Made by a program: the position numbers and the translations under genes. A stretch of 64,000 nucleotides of DNA. Origin: Myxococcota bacterium (GTDB lineage Bacteria > Myxococcota_A > UBA9160 > UBA6930). Below the pieces are notes generated by a model. The model was not told the origin of the DNA. It saw only the letters and a list, made by a program, of their open reading frames with translations, and did no database searches. The stretch spans positions 2,208,001 to 2,272,000 of the forward strand of contig OZ245015.1 in the NCBI GenBank assembly GCA_965223705.1, written 5' to 3'. Numbering within the stretch: the first letter of the stretch is position 1; every line of letters begins with the position of its first letter. Below are positions 9,161 to 18,728 of the stretch, piece after piece.

Positions 9161-10492
9161 ATGGAACACGACGAAACCGCGCGCGACGTGAAGCAGCCCA
9201 TGACCTTCGTCGGCACGTCCGATCTGTCGGGCATCGTGCGCGGCAAGTCGTTCCCGACCCGCGAGTGGAAGTGGCGCGCGAAGCGCGGCGTCGGCTGGAC
9301 CCCGACCAACGTCCAGATCACCTGCTTCGACACGATCGCCGAAAGCCCCTTTGGCGCCTTGGGAGACCTCGCGCTGGTGCCCGACCCCGCGGCCCGCGTC
9401 ACGCTCGAGGGCGGAGGCGACGTCTTCGACTTCGCCCTGGGTGACATCGCGAACCTCGACGGTACGGCTTGGCCCTTCTGTACACGGTCGTTGGCGAGGC
9501 GCGCGCTCGATGAGCTCCACGCTCTTTGCGGCGCGACCCCTGTCGCCGCCTTCGAGCACGAGTTTCAGATCGCCGATCAGCCCCCGCGCCGCGGCGACAG
9601 CTACGGGATCAAGGGCTACCGCGACGCGAAGCGATGGGCGGCTCCCTATATCGATGCGCTTGCGGCTGCGGGGCTGCGACCCGACACGTTCATGAAGGAG
9701 TACGGGCCCGGGCAGTACGAGATCACGGTGAAGCCGGCCGCCGGCCTCGCCGCACCCGATCAAGCCGTCATTCTGCGTATCCTCACCGACGAGGTGCTGC
9801 GCCGGTATGGCGTGAGACCGACCTTCTCCCCGATTTTGGATCCCGCGGGCGTCGGCAACGGGGTGCACCTCCACATGAGCTTCGTCGACGACGGAGGGTC
9901 GCCGCTCACCTACGATGGAACCGATCCGCAGGGCCTGAGCCGCCTCGCTCGGCATTTCCTCGGCGGTATCCTCGCGCACCTCGACGAGATCCTGGCGCTG
10001 CTCGCGCCCTCGGAGATCAGCTACCTGCGCCTCACCCCGCACCGTTGGAGCGCGGCGTGGAACAACCTCGGCTACCGCGATCGGGAGGCGGCGGTGCGGA
10101 TCTGTCCCGTATCCGCCGTCGACGACGACCCGATCGATCGACAGCTCCACTTCGAGGTCCGCACACTCGATGCCGCCGCGAGCCCGTATCTGGCCTTTGC
10201 GGCGCTGATCTTCGCGGGGTCGCAGGGAATCCGCGACGAAACCGAACCCGGCGCGCCGACCGAAGAGGATCTGTCGCTCCTCGCGCCGGACGATCTGGCG
10301 GCCCGAGGGCTCCGGCGATTGCCGCAGAGTCTCGGAGATGCGCTTGCGCGCATCGGAGCATCTACAGCGGTTCGACGGTGGTTCGGTGACGACTTCGTCG
10401 ATCTCTACGTCGCGCACAAGCGCGGTGAGATGGAGGCCCTTTCAGGCCTCGATGCGGCGGCGAAATGCGATCGTTACAAGGAGGTGTACTGA
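9161..10492 (+). CDS. Glutamine synthetase family protein (gamma-glutamyl-amine ligase type)
   Basis: EHEF, EYGPGQYEI, GNGVHLHMS, REAAVRI, FEVRTLDAAASPYL; start uncertain (9155-9200). Confidence 0.88.
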   Translation: MEHDETARDVKQPMTFVGTSDLSGIVRGKSFPTREWKWRAKRGVGWTPTNVQITCFDTIAESPFGALGDLALVPDPAARVTLEGGGDVFDFALGDIANLDGTAWPFCTRSLARRALDELHALCGATPVAAFEHEFQIADQPPRRGDSYGIKGYRDAKRWAAPYIDALAAAGLRPDTFMKEYGPGQYEITVKPAAGLAAPDQAVILRILTDEVLRRYGVRPTFSPILDPAGVGNGVHLHMSFVDDGGSPLTYDGTDPQGLSRLARHFLGGILAHLDEILALLAPSEISYLRLTPHRWSAAWNNLGYRDREAAVRICPVSAVDDDPIDRQLHFEVRTLDAAASPYLAFAALIFAGSQGIRDETEPGAPTEEDLSLLAPDDLAARGLRRLPQSLGDALARIGASTAVRRWFGDDFVDLYVAHKRGEMEALSGLDAAAKCDRYKEVY

Positions 10493-10502
10493 CCCCTCTG
10501 GC

Positions 10503-11414
10503 CTACCGATCCTCCGCAAAGCCCATCTTCCCTTCGAGGCGCTTCAGGATTTCCGGCGAGGTCACGGCGGGTCCGCGCGTCATGAAAAGAACCTCCTTGA
10601 GGGCGTAGTTCGGATACTCGGCGATCATCGCGTCGGCAATCTCCGCCTGCAGCACCTTCGGTTCGGAGACCGCCTCGTACGCGCGCAGGTACTCGATCTG
10701 CTCGTCCAGCACCCGCGCGTCGCCCACCGGGCCGTGACCTGGTACCACGGTGTCGATCTCGAATCTGCGCTTTGTCGCCTCAATGGAACGAATCCACACG
10801 TCGGGGCGATTGAGTCCTCCTCCGATGTAGGCGTGGAACTTGTGGTAGAGCTGGTCCCCGGCCACATACGCCTTGAGCTCGGGCACATAGAACGCCGTCG
10901 CGTGGATCGTTTCCGCGGGTTCGAGGTCGACCACGTCGATGTGGTGCCCTTCGAACGAAAACACGTCGCCGTGAAGCTCCTCGATCTCCGGGAGCGCGCT
11001 CGGCACTTCGTCACGATAGACCTCCGACCAGCGCAGGAGACGGGCGCGAAACTCCAGCTCGATCTCCTGTTTGATCGCGGGGCGGGCATAGATCACCGCA
11101 TCCGGATACCGCTTCTTCACTTCCACGACGCCCCAAACGTGATCCGGGTGGCCGTGAGTCAGCAGGATCGCCGTGAGCTCCCGCTTCGTCGCTTCGAGCG
11201 CCGCGACGAGCTCGCGGGCATCCGTCGCCTGAAACTGGGCGTCGATCAGCAACGCCCGGGTCGGGGTCAGCAAGATCGCCGAATTGGCGAGGGGCATTCG
11301 CTTGCCCAGATGGACCTGAAGCTCGAGCGGTTCCGCCTGTGCCCATGGCGTGGTGGCCGCCAGTGCCCACAGGATGGAGGTCCCGAGCGCGAAGCTTCTC
11401 CAGAAGGTAACCAT
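10503..11414 (-). CDS. Exported MBL-fold metallo-hydrolase
   Basis: Signal peptide; THGHPDH, AGD, VPGHG motifs. Confidence 0.88.
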   Translation of the reverse strand: MVTFWRSFALGTSILWALAATTPWAQAEPLELQVHLGKRMPLANSAILLTPTRALLIDAQFQATDARELVAALEATKRELTAILLTHGHPDHVWGVVEVKKRYPDAVIYARPAIKQEIELEFRARLLRWSEVYRDEVPSALPEIEELHGDVFSFEGHHIDVVDLEPAETIHATAFYVPELKAYVAGDQLYHKFHAYIGGGLNRPDVWIRSIEATKRRFEIDTVVPGHGPVGDARVLDEQIEYLRAYEAVSEPKVLQAEIADAMIAEYPNYALKEVLFMTRGPAVTSPEILKRLEGKMGFAEDR

Positions 11415-11572
11415 GCGCGTCTTCCTTGAGGTTGTGGTGATCGCAGAGCCACGATGTGGGTTCCGCCGGATCCGCGCAAGCGAGCGAGCAACCAGGATCA
11501 CCGGGGTGTGAAAGCGCTACGCTAACCCTAAACAGCGCCCTCCCGACAGGAGGGCCATCGGGAGAACAAGCC

Positions 11573-12703
11573 ATGGAGTCGATCGTTCAGGGCGGCTGTA
11601 TTTCCGCGGATTCTCACATCATGGAGGCCCACGACACATACTTGGGCACGATCGACAAGAAATACCGGGACCGCGCGCCGCGAATCGAAACCGATGCAAA
11701 GGGGAACGACATCTTCGTGATCCCGGGGATGACGGACCAGATTCCGCTCGGTCTCGTTGCCGGGGCCGGAGTTCCGTCCGAGAAACTGGCCGAGCGACAC
11801 GAGGGGTCGAAGTTCGAGGATCTGCACAAGAGCGGCTACGACTCGAGCTACCGCGTTGCGGATCAGGAACGCGACGGAATCGCGGGCGAGATCCTCTACG
11901 CCTCGGTGGGCATGGTGCTATGCAACCACCCGGACTTCGCGTACAAAGACGCTTGCTTCGACGCCTACAACCGTTGGCTGGCCGCCTACTGCTCCGGCGC
12001 GCCCGACCGGCTCTTCGGCCTGGCGCAGACGGCGGTGAGTTCCGTCGACCGCGCGATCGAGGATGTGAGGCGCGCCAAGGAGATGGGCTTCGTCGGCATG
12101 ATGATGCCGGGGAACCCCCAGCACGAAGATTACGATCAGCCGATGTACGACCCGCTGTGGGAGTGCGCCGCCGATCTCGAGATGCCGATCTGTTTCCACA
12201 TCCTCACCTCGAAGGGTTCGGACATCAACACAGTCTTCAACGGCGCCCGAGGCAACAAGATCAACGGCTTCATGAACATCATTCGCGGGGTCCAGGACAT
12301 CATCGGTCTGTTCGTGTTGGGCGGCGTCTTCGACCGCCACCCCACCCTCAAGATGGTGTGCGCCGAGGGCGACGCCGGCTGGCTTCCCCACTACATGTAC
12401 CGGATGGACCACGCCTACGATCGGCACGGGTTCCACATCGGCTCGCGCGATCTCAGCCGGCCGCCGAGCCACTACATCCGCGAGAATCTGTACTTCACCT
12501 TCCAGGACGATTGGATCGCGTTCAAGAACACCGACGAGATGAACCCGAAACGCCTGGTCTGGGCCAACGACTTCCCACACAGCGATGCCACCTGGCCCCA
12601 CAGTCAGAAGCTGCTTAGCGAACATACCCAGTGTCTTGGCGAGGAGGAGCGGCGCTGGATCCTTCGCGACAACGTCAAAGAACTCTTCCACCTCCCCTGC
12701 TGA
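11573..12703 (+). CDS. Amidohydrolase family protein (Amidohydro_2)
   Basis: ISADSHIME, PICFHI, WANDFPHSD motifs. Confidence 0.9.
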   Translation: MESIVQGGCISADSHIMEAHDTYLGTIDKKYRDRAPRIETDAKGNDIFVIPGMTDQIPLGLVAGAGVPSEKLAERHEGSKFEDLHKSGYDSSYRVADQERDGIAGEILYASVGMVLCNHPDFAYKDACFDAYNRWLAAYCSGAPDRLFGLAQTAVSSVDRAIEDVRRAKEMGFVGMMMPGNPQHEDYDQPMYDPLWECAADLEMPICFHILTSKGSDINTVFNGARGNKINGFMNIIRGVQDIIGLFVLGGVFDRHPTLKMVCAEGDAGWLPHYMYRMDHAYDRHGFHIGSRDLSRPPSHYIRENLYFTFQDDWIAFKNTDEMNPKRLVWANDFPHSDATWPHSQKLLSEHTQCLGEEERRWILRDNVKELFHLPC

Positions 12704-12719
12704 GCTGAAAGGAGCGGTC

Positions 12720-13097
12720 ATGAGTGAAGCCAACCGCGAACGCGTGACCGCGTTCTGCCATGCGTTGTTGAAGGGGACCGACGAGGTGGTCACCTTCCTC
12801 GCCGAAGACGTCTACTACCACAACATGCCGTGGCCGCCCGTGACGGGGCACGCGGGCGTGCGGGAAGTGCTCTCCCCCCTGATCGATGCCGATCCCTGCG
12901 CGCTCAGAAAGATGGAGATCCATCACACCGTAGCCGAGGGCGACCTCGTGATGAACGCCCGCGACGAGACTTGGGAGCACAAGGGCGTCAAGGTGGTGCT
13001 GCCGGTGGCGGGTGTCTTTCAACTCCGGGACGGCATCATCACGCGCTGGAGCGACTACTTCGACGTCGCAACGATCCAGCCCCTTCTCGACGCCTAG
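12720..13097 (+). CDS. Limonene-1,2-epoxide hydrolase / SnoaL-like protein
   Basis: DVYYHNMP, VMNARDE, LPVAGVF, ITRWSDYFD; AAGGAG RBS. Confidence 0.85.
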   Translation: MSEANRERVTAFCHALLKGTDEVVTFLAEDVYYHNMPWPPVTGHAGVREVLSPLIDADPCALRKMEIHHTVAEGDLVMNARDETWEHKGVKVVLPVAGVFQLRDGIITRWSDYFDVATIQPLLDA

Positions 13098-13207
13098 CGT
13101 AGAGCGAATTCGGGTTCCCAACCCGCGCCGGTGAGCGCTGCGCGGCGAGACTTTCGCGACGCATCGCGCCCGCTATGTTCGGAGGCGGACGGGTTGGGGG
13201 GTAGGCC

Positions 13208-13951
13208 ATGACACGTGCGCGTCGCGTACGTTCGGTGAATTGGATCGGGGTCGCGCTTGTCGCTGCGCTGAGCGCGAATTCCGCGGATGCGCTGCTTATC
13301 GACGGAGATTTCTCACTCGCGACGGGCGGCAGTGTGACCAGCAATAGCGCGTGGTCCCTCACGGCGAGTACGCCGGACGGCGCCAATCTGGCCGCGCAGT
13401 TCCAAACTGGCTTCGCCAACGCCCAGAACACCGGCGTGGGCGGCTCACAGCCTCCCGGGACCGGCACCGGAGTCTGGTTTCGATCCTTTGAAGGAAACCA
13501 GGCGGGCGGCGGCGATCCCTTGGCCCAGGCCGTCCTCACCCAGTCGATCGTCGCTCCGCAGAACAGCGGATACCTCCTCAGTTTTGTCGCCGGGCGCGAA
13601 GCGAACTTCACCGCTCGAGTGTTCGCGGTCACGCTCTCGACGAACAGCCAATCGGTGACCGTCGACCTGCTCGCTGCGGCCATTCCGGACGGGAACCTCG
13701 GCGGCGCCGCGAGTGGGAACCCGGGCGGTACGCCCTTCGCCTTGTTCCTTCCCGGTGTGTCGGCGGGCGAGGTACTCACCGTGACGGCCGTGATGCTCGA
13801 CGGAGAAGATTCCCAGGTTCCGGGGGGTCAGAGCGCGTTTCTCGACGGATTTGCGGTGGCCGTTCCGGAGCCTGCGACCGCATTGTTCCTCTTTGCGGGC
13901 ATCGTCGGGCTCTCCCTTCGACGGCAGGGGTACGCGCGCCAACGCTCGTGA
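13208..13951 (+). CDS. PEP-CTERM sorting domain surface protein
   Basis: Signal peptide, Gly/Ser/Asn-rich body, VPEPATALFLFAGIVGLSLRR. Confidence 0.88.
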   Translation: MTRARRVRSVNWIGVALVAALSANSADALLIDGDFSLATGGSVTSNSAWSLTASTPDGANLAAQFQTGFANAQNTGVGGSQPPGTGTGVWFRSFEGNQAGGGDPLAQAVLTQSIVAPQNSGYLLSFVAGREANFTARVFAVTLSTNSQSVTVDLLAAAIPDGNLGGAASGNPGGTPFALFLPGVSAGEVLTVTAVMLDGEDSQVPGGQSAFLDGFAVAVPEPATALFLFAGIVGLSLRRQGYARQRS

Positions 13952-14006
13952 CAGCCCCGCATCGGATACCATCGCTTCCCCACGTTTCTTGAAGCGAGGA
14001 GCCGCG

Positions 14007-14573
14007 ATGGCCCGAATTGAACCGATCGATCCCGACAAAGCTCCGGAGCCCCTCGGCAAGCTGCTCCACGCGCTGCCGCCGCTCAACATCATCCGCACGG
14101 TGGCGCTGGCGGAAAGCCACGCCGAGCCTTTCCTGCGCTTCGGAACCTCGGTGCTTACCGAGCAGCAGCTCTCGGGGCATTTGCGCGAGCTCGCGATCCT
14201 GCGCGTCGCCCGGCTCTCGGAGGCGGAATACGAGTGGGTCCAGCACGTGCCGATCGCACTCGACGCGGGCGCGAGCCAGGCACAAGTCGACGCGCTCGCC
14301 GAAGATCGACCCGACGCCGACTGCTTCGACCGCGAGGAGCGCGCCGTTCTCGACTTCACCACGGACGTGGTGCGCAACGTCGGTTCAAGTGATGCCAGCC
14401 ATGACGCTGTTGCCGCGTTCCTATCCGACCGCGAGATCGTGGAGCTGGTGATCGCGATCGGCTTCTACATGATGGTGGCCCGCGTGATGGAATGTGCGCA
14501 GATTGATCTCGACCCGCCGGCGGGTGCGTCGATCCTCGCCGACACTGCCGCGGCGGTGCGCGGGAGGCGCTAA
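14007..14573 (+). CDS. Carboxymuconolactone decarboxylase (AhpD-like) family protein
   Basis: LRELAILRVA, YEWVQH, EIVELVIAIGFY; GAGGAG RBS. Confidence 0.88.
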   Translation: MARIEPIDPDKAPEPLGKLLHALPPLNIIRTVALAESHAEPFLRFGTSVLTEQQLSGHLRELAILRVARLSEAEYEWVQHVPIALDAGASQAQVDALAEDRPDADCFDREERAVLDFTTDVVRNVGSSDASHDAVAAFLSDREIVELVIAIGFYMMVARVMECAQIDLDPPAGASILADTAAAVRGRR

Positions 14574-15092
14574 ATCGAGATTCGGTTCGCGAGAGAGTCG
14601 GAGGCCGTCCTTGTCTCGGAGCTCGCATTCCGCTCCAAGGCGCACTGGGGCTACACGTCCGATGAAATGTCGGTGTTTCGCGCGGAGCTGACTCTCTCCC
14701 CACGAGACCTCGCGACTGGCAGAATTCACGTCCTGGAAGAGTCGGGGTCCATTCTTGGCTTCTACTCACTGGTTTCTCGCGCGCACCCTCGGGTCGAGCT
14801 CGAGCATCTGTTCATTGAGCCGACGGAACTCGGCCGCGGGCTTGGTACGGCCCTCTTCCGACATGCGTGCGGCGTGGCTCGCCGAATGGGATTCGAGATG
14901 CTCGTTATCCAAAGCGATCCGAACGCAGCCGGCTTCTACGCTCGATTGGGCGCGCGGAAGCTGCGAGATATTTCTTCGAGTCTTCCCGGGCGCTTCATTC
15001 CGTACTTCGAGCTTTCGTTGTCCGACGAGGACTTCACGATTGGATCGGCGTCGGGTTACCTTTTCCCGTCTGATGGCTTGAGGAGAGAACGC
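14574..15092 (+). CDS. GNAT acetyltransferase (no canonical start for the full domain; no own stop, reads into PPOX ORF)
   Basis: IRFARESE..LAFRSKAHWGY, LEHLFIEP..GRGLG, SDPNAAGFYARLGA. Confidence 0.7.
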
Positions 15093-15518
15093 GTGAACGC
15101 CCCAATTTCGCACGACGTGTCCGAGTTCATCGGGCGGCCGCTGACGGGCGTCCTCGCATGGACGTCGCCTTCCGGGGAGCCGCGCTCGACCCCCATGAAC
15201 TACGTCTGGGAAGACGGCGCCCTCTGGTTTACAACGGGAGCGAACTCCGCCAAGGCCCGTGCGCTGAAAAGGCAGCCCGTCATATCCTTCTCGATTCCGA
15301 GTGAGGCGAGCTCGCCTCCCGCGCGCGCCGTCACGGTCCGCGGAATCGCCGAGATTTCGGATTGGGATCCCGAACGCCAACTTCGCGCGTTCATGCGCTA
15401 TGGGCTGCCCAGGCGCGAGGCAGAGGAGATGCGAGCCGGGTACTCCGCTGCCATGGATCTGGTTTCGATTCGCCTGGTACCGACCAAGATCTCGACGTTC
15501 GGATTCGACGCGGCGTAG
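15093..15518 (+). CDS. Pyridoxamine 5'-phosphate oxidase-like (PPOX/F420-binding) protein
   Basis: GEPRSTPMNY, LWFTT..SAKARAL, AVTVRGIAE; own GAGGAG RBS + GTG at 15093, in frame with GNAT. Confidence 0.75.
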   Translation: MNAPISHDVSEFIGRPLTGVLAWTSPSGEPRSTPMNYVWEDGALWFTTGANSAKARALKRQPVISFSIPSEASSPPARAVTVRGIAEISDWDPERQLRAFMRYGLPRREAEEMRAGYSAAMDLVSIRLVPTKISTFGFDAA

Positions 15519-15554
15519 GCGCTCCAGTGCAAAGCGTTGGGTCGGCGGAAGAAG

Positions 15555-16433
15555 CTATCGGCCGGCGAGAAGCAGAAAGCGATCCATTCTCCGCTTGCGC
15601 TCGTCGATACCCGCTCCGAGGTTGAAGTCCGGCAGGACGAACTCGTGCACGCCGGCGTCTCGATAAGCCGCGAGGGCCTCCCGGATCGCCTCTTCCCCGG
15701 GACCGATCGTCGCCGGCATGGGCAGCTTCGGTTGATCGCCGTCGCCGAAATCGACGAGTGCTACCGCCGAGCGCTGGATCGCCTCGGGCGCACGTCCTAA
15801 CTCGCCGCAGTGCTTGTCGAGCACCGCCATCTTGTGGCGCAGCACATCGGGCGTACCCCAGACGTTCCACTCGTCGGCGTGCTCGGCGACGATGCGGAGT
15901 GTCACGCGCTCGCCTCCGCCACCGATCATGAGCGGGAGCCGCTCCTGCACCGGCTTGGGTTCACACGGGGCCTCGGTGATCTGGTAGTGCTTGCCGGCGA
16001 AGCTCGTGCGCGATTGACGAAGCAGGCCCTGCACGACGTGGCAGGCTTCGTCGAGACGCTCGAGGCGTTCGCCGATCTCGAAGAGGGGGATGCCGTAGGC
16101 TTGGTGTTCGTTCTCCTGCCAGCCGGCGCCGAGCCCCAGCACGAAGCGACCGCCCGAGATCTGATCGGCGCCCGCCGCCATCTTGGCCACGACAGCGGGG
16201 TGACGATAGGTGTTGCCCAGCACCAGATGGCCGATGCGCACGCGCGGAACGCTGGCGGCGAGCGCGCTCACCACCGTCCAGCTCTCGTTCACAGGGCCGC
16301 CGATGTCGGTGCGCGTCGGCATGAAGTGGTCGGCGTACCAGAGGCCGTCCCAGCCGGTGACTTCGGCGTGTCGGCAGAGATCTTGTAGTTCGTTCCAGGG
16401 CGTAGCGGGGCCGGGCCAGAAACCGAGTCGCAT
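15555..16433 (-). CDS. LLM-class F420-dependent oxidoreductase
   Basis: WYADHFMP, GNTYRHPAVVAKMA, GAGWQENEH, IGGGGE. Confidence 0.9.
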   Translation of the reverse strand: MRLGFWPGPATPWNELQDLCRHAEVTGWDGLWYADHFMPTRTDIGGPVNESWTVVSALAASVPRVRIGHLVLGNTYRHPAVVAKMAAGADQISGGRFVLGLGAGWQENEHQAYGIPLFEIGERLERLDEACHVVQGLLRQSRTSFAGKHYQITEAPCEPKPVQERLPLMIGGGGERVTLRIVAEHADEWNVWGTPDVLRHKMAVLDKHCGELGRAPEAIQRSAVALVDFGDGDQPKLPMPATIGPGEEAIREALAAYRDAGVHEFVLPDFNLGAGIDERKRRMDRFLLLAGR

Positions 16434-16507
16434 GGCGAGTTCCTCAGCGAAGTTCGACGCGAGACGCTAGCTCACTTCGCTCGGGTGCCTTCGCTGCGAA
16501 AAACTCC

Positions 16508-16909
16508 TCACCAGTGGCGCTTGGCCGGATGTCCCTTCCCCTTCTTGTGCCGATGTGAGTGGCGCTTCTTGGCCAGGCCGGGGGGTAGCGAATGCGTGAC
16601 ACGCGCCCAGTGTCCATCCAACCTCGCACTGCGGTACCAGAAACCGTGGGCCAAGCGGTAGAAGTGATCCCGATGGAAAAAGTGGTCCTCCAAGCCCACG
16701 ACGACGTACGCGCCGAGGTGTGTGTCGAAAACCAACTCGACTCCGTGGTGATGGTGCTTGTGGCGATACCCGTGCGCGGGCGCATGGGGCGGCGGACCCG
16801 GGTGTCTGACCGCAGGCGGCCCCGGACGTCCGTGATGATGATGAGGGACACATCCCGAAAGACCGAGAAGAAGCGTGAAGCAAAACATCGAGATGAAAAG
16901 GCGGATCAT
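16508..16909 (-). CDS. His-rich lipoprotein (PPGLAKK type)
   Basis: Lipobox LSGC; HHHH runs; PPPHAPAHGYR; LPPGLAKK. Confidence 0.8.
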   Translation of the reverse strand: MIRLFISMFCFTLLLGLSGCVPHHHHGRPGPPAVRHPGPPPHAPAHGYRHKHHHHGVELVFDTHLGAYVVVGLEDHFFHRDHFYRLAHGFWYRSARLDGHWARVTHSLPPGLAKKRHSHRHKKGKGHPAKRHW

Positions 16910-16999
16910 GTCGGAGCGACCTCGAAGAGATTTACCGCGTTCTATCGTCCGACCCGGGTTTCTGTTGGGGTGATTCAGCGCACAAATGGCGAGGTCGAT

Positions 17000-17057
17000 C
17001 GGACGCGGATGTCCGAGACCTTCCGCGTCCGCCGGCCCGATCGGACATCGATGACCC
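17000..17057. promoter_or_regulatory. Paired palindromic enhancer-like boxes
   Basis: CGGACG-CGGA-TGTCCG (17000-17015) and CGGACA-TCGA-TGACCC (17042-17057). Confidence 0.6.
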
Positions 17058-17096
17058 GAATGCTGCTCGGACCCCGCTCAGGCGACGTTTTGCGGT

Positions 17097-17112
17097 TGGC
17101 ACGCGATCTGCA
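17097..17112 (+). promoter_or_regulatory. sigma54 (-24/-12) promoter
   Basis: TGGCACGCGATCTGCA, 12 nt before ATG 17125. Confidence 0.7.
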
Positions 17113-17124
17113 CCCTCTTCGGCC

Positions 17125-17649
17125 ATGACACAACCCATTCGTCCAAAATCCATCCGGAACCGCACCGTCGTCTACGCCGATCCCCTTCTGTTTCGCCCGG
17201 CCGACGGCGCCGAGAGTTTGCAGCGTTATGTCCGCGAACTCGACGGACAAGGCGCCGACCCGTTCGTGCTGTTCGATGAAGAACCCGAACTCGAGAGCCT
17301 GTTCAGCGAGCTACCGGCTGAAGAAGTTCCGCTCCTCCGCCGCGAGGAAAAGGAGCATGGGAGCAAGGTCGCAGCGTTCGCCGACGCCCTCCTGGCAGAC
17401 ACCCTGGAGCTGGCTGTCGACGTCGACCGAGTACGAACGCCTCGGGGGGCCCGCTCGATGCTCCGCCAAACGGAGCTTCGATCGATGTTGGCCGCGGGAA
17501 CCGAGCGCGATGCGATCTCGTCCTGTCTGATCGCCGCCGACCGGGCGTTGACCCTTGGCATCGAGGCGGTGCGCGTCGGACACCCTCGCGCGCTGCTCGA
17601 AGATCGCGCGACCCGTATCCACGGGGACAACGCGAAGCTTGCTGCGTAG
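17125..17649 (+). CDS. Degenerate amino-acid-kinase (ArgB-like) fold protein, paralog 1
   Basis: AAFADALLADTLELAVDVDRV..G, LIAADRALTLGIEAVRV..ATRI follows AAK C-lobe pattern; aligns with 41550..42221. Confidence 0.65.
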   Translation: MTQPIRPKSIRNRTVVYADPLLFRPADGAESLQRYVRELDGQGADPFVLFDEEPELESLFSELPAEEVPLLRREEKEHGSKVAAFADALLADTLELAVDVDRVRTPRGARSMLRQTELRSMLAAGTERDAISSCLIAADRALTLGIEAVRVGHPRALLEDRATRIHGDNAKLAA

Positions 17650-17708
17650 CGTGCGCGTGCGGTACGCCCCGGCCGGCAGGGCCGACCCGCGCTGGTAACA
17701 TTGCGTTC

Positions 17709-18728
17709 ATGGCGCGCCGCGAGACCGTCGAAGCGCGGTTCGCGACCCGTTGTCGGGTCGCCGCTGCACTGTTCGTAGCGCTCGCCTTCGGTCAAGTCGG
17801 ATGCGGCGGCCCTTCGACGTTGGGCACGATCGAACGGAAGGACCCGCGCCTCGACGCACTGCTGGCGCCGGACGCGCGGATCGAGATCCTGGCGGACGGG
17901 TATGACTGGGCGGAAGGCCCAGTCTGGGTGAAGCACGCCGGTTACTTGCTCTTCTCGGACGTCCCATCCAACCGGATCTGTCGGTGGAAACGGGGAGAAG
18001 GCGCGCGAACCTACCTGCGGCCGTCCGGCGGGTCGAATGGCCTCGCGATCGACACGGCCGGAAGACTCGTCCTCTGCCAACACGGCGACCGTCGACTTGC
18101 GCGGATGGAGGTGTCGCTCGAACGCCCCGCACCGCGGCACGTCACGCTCGCGGGAGAGTTCGAGGGCAAGCGCCTCAACAGCCCCAACGACCTGGTCTTC
18201 CACACGGATGGGGCCATCTATTTCACGGATCCACCCTACGGGCTGCCCAAGGGGATGGGCGACCCCGGAAAAGAGCTCGACTTCCAGGGGGTCTACCGAC
18301 TCGGAACGGACGGTGAGCTCACGCTTCTCACGAGAGAGATGACGCGGCCGAACGGGATCGGCTTGTCCCCGGACGAAAGGACGCTCTACGTGGCGAACTC
18401 GGATCCGATGCACGCCGCGTGGTATGCGTTCCCGGTCGAAGCGGACGGCACCCTCGGAGCCGGCCGGGTCTTTGCGGATTTCACGGCGCAGGTGGGAGGC
18501 GCGAAGGGCCTGCCGGACGGCCTCAAGGTCGACGAACAGGGCAACCTGTGGGCGACAGGGCCGGGAGGCGTGATCGTCTTCGCGCCCGACGGAACGCACC
18601 TAGGCACGCTGGCGACCGGCGAGGCCACCTCGAACTGCGCTTGGGGCGAGGACGGTTCGACGCTCTTTATTACCGCCGACCAGTATCTCGCTCGCATTCG
18701 CACACGCACCAAAGGCCTGCGCTTCTAG
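17709..18728 (+). CDS. SMP-30/gluconolactonase family lipoprotein
   Basis: WAEGPVW, NSPND, PNGIGLSPD, PDGLKVD; lipobox-like VGC. Confidence 0.92.
   Translation: MARRETVEARFATRCRVAAALFVALAFGQVGCGGPSTLGTIERKDPRLDALLAPDARIEILADGYDWAEGPVWVKHAGYLLFSDVPSNRICRWKRGEGARTYLRPSGGSNGLAIDTAGRLVLCQHGDRRLARMEVSLERPAPRHVTLAGEFEGKRLNSPNDLVFHTDGAIYFTDPPYGLPKGMGDPGKELDFQGVYRLGTDGELTLLTREMTRPNGIGLSPDERTLYVANSDPMHAAWYAFPVEADGTLGAGRVFADFTAQVGGAKGLPDGLKVDEQGNLWATGPGGVIVFAPDGTHLGTLATGEATSNCAWGEDGSTLFITADQYLARIRTRTKGLRF

Noticed and set aside
14571..14573. Selenocysteine/pyrrolysine recoding at the CMD-GNAT junction
   Set aside because: The stop is TAA, which is not used for Sec or Pyl
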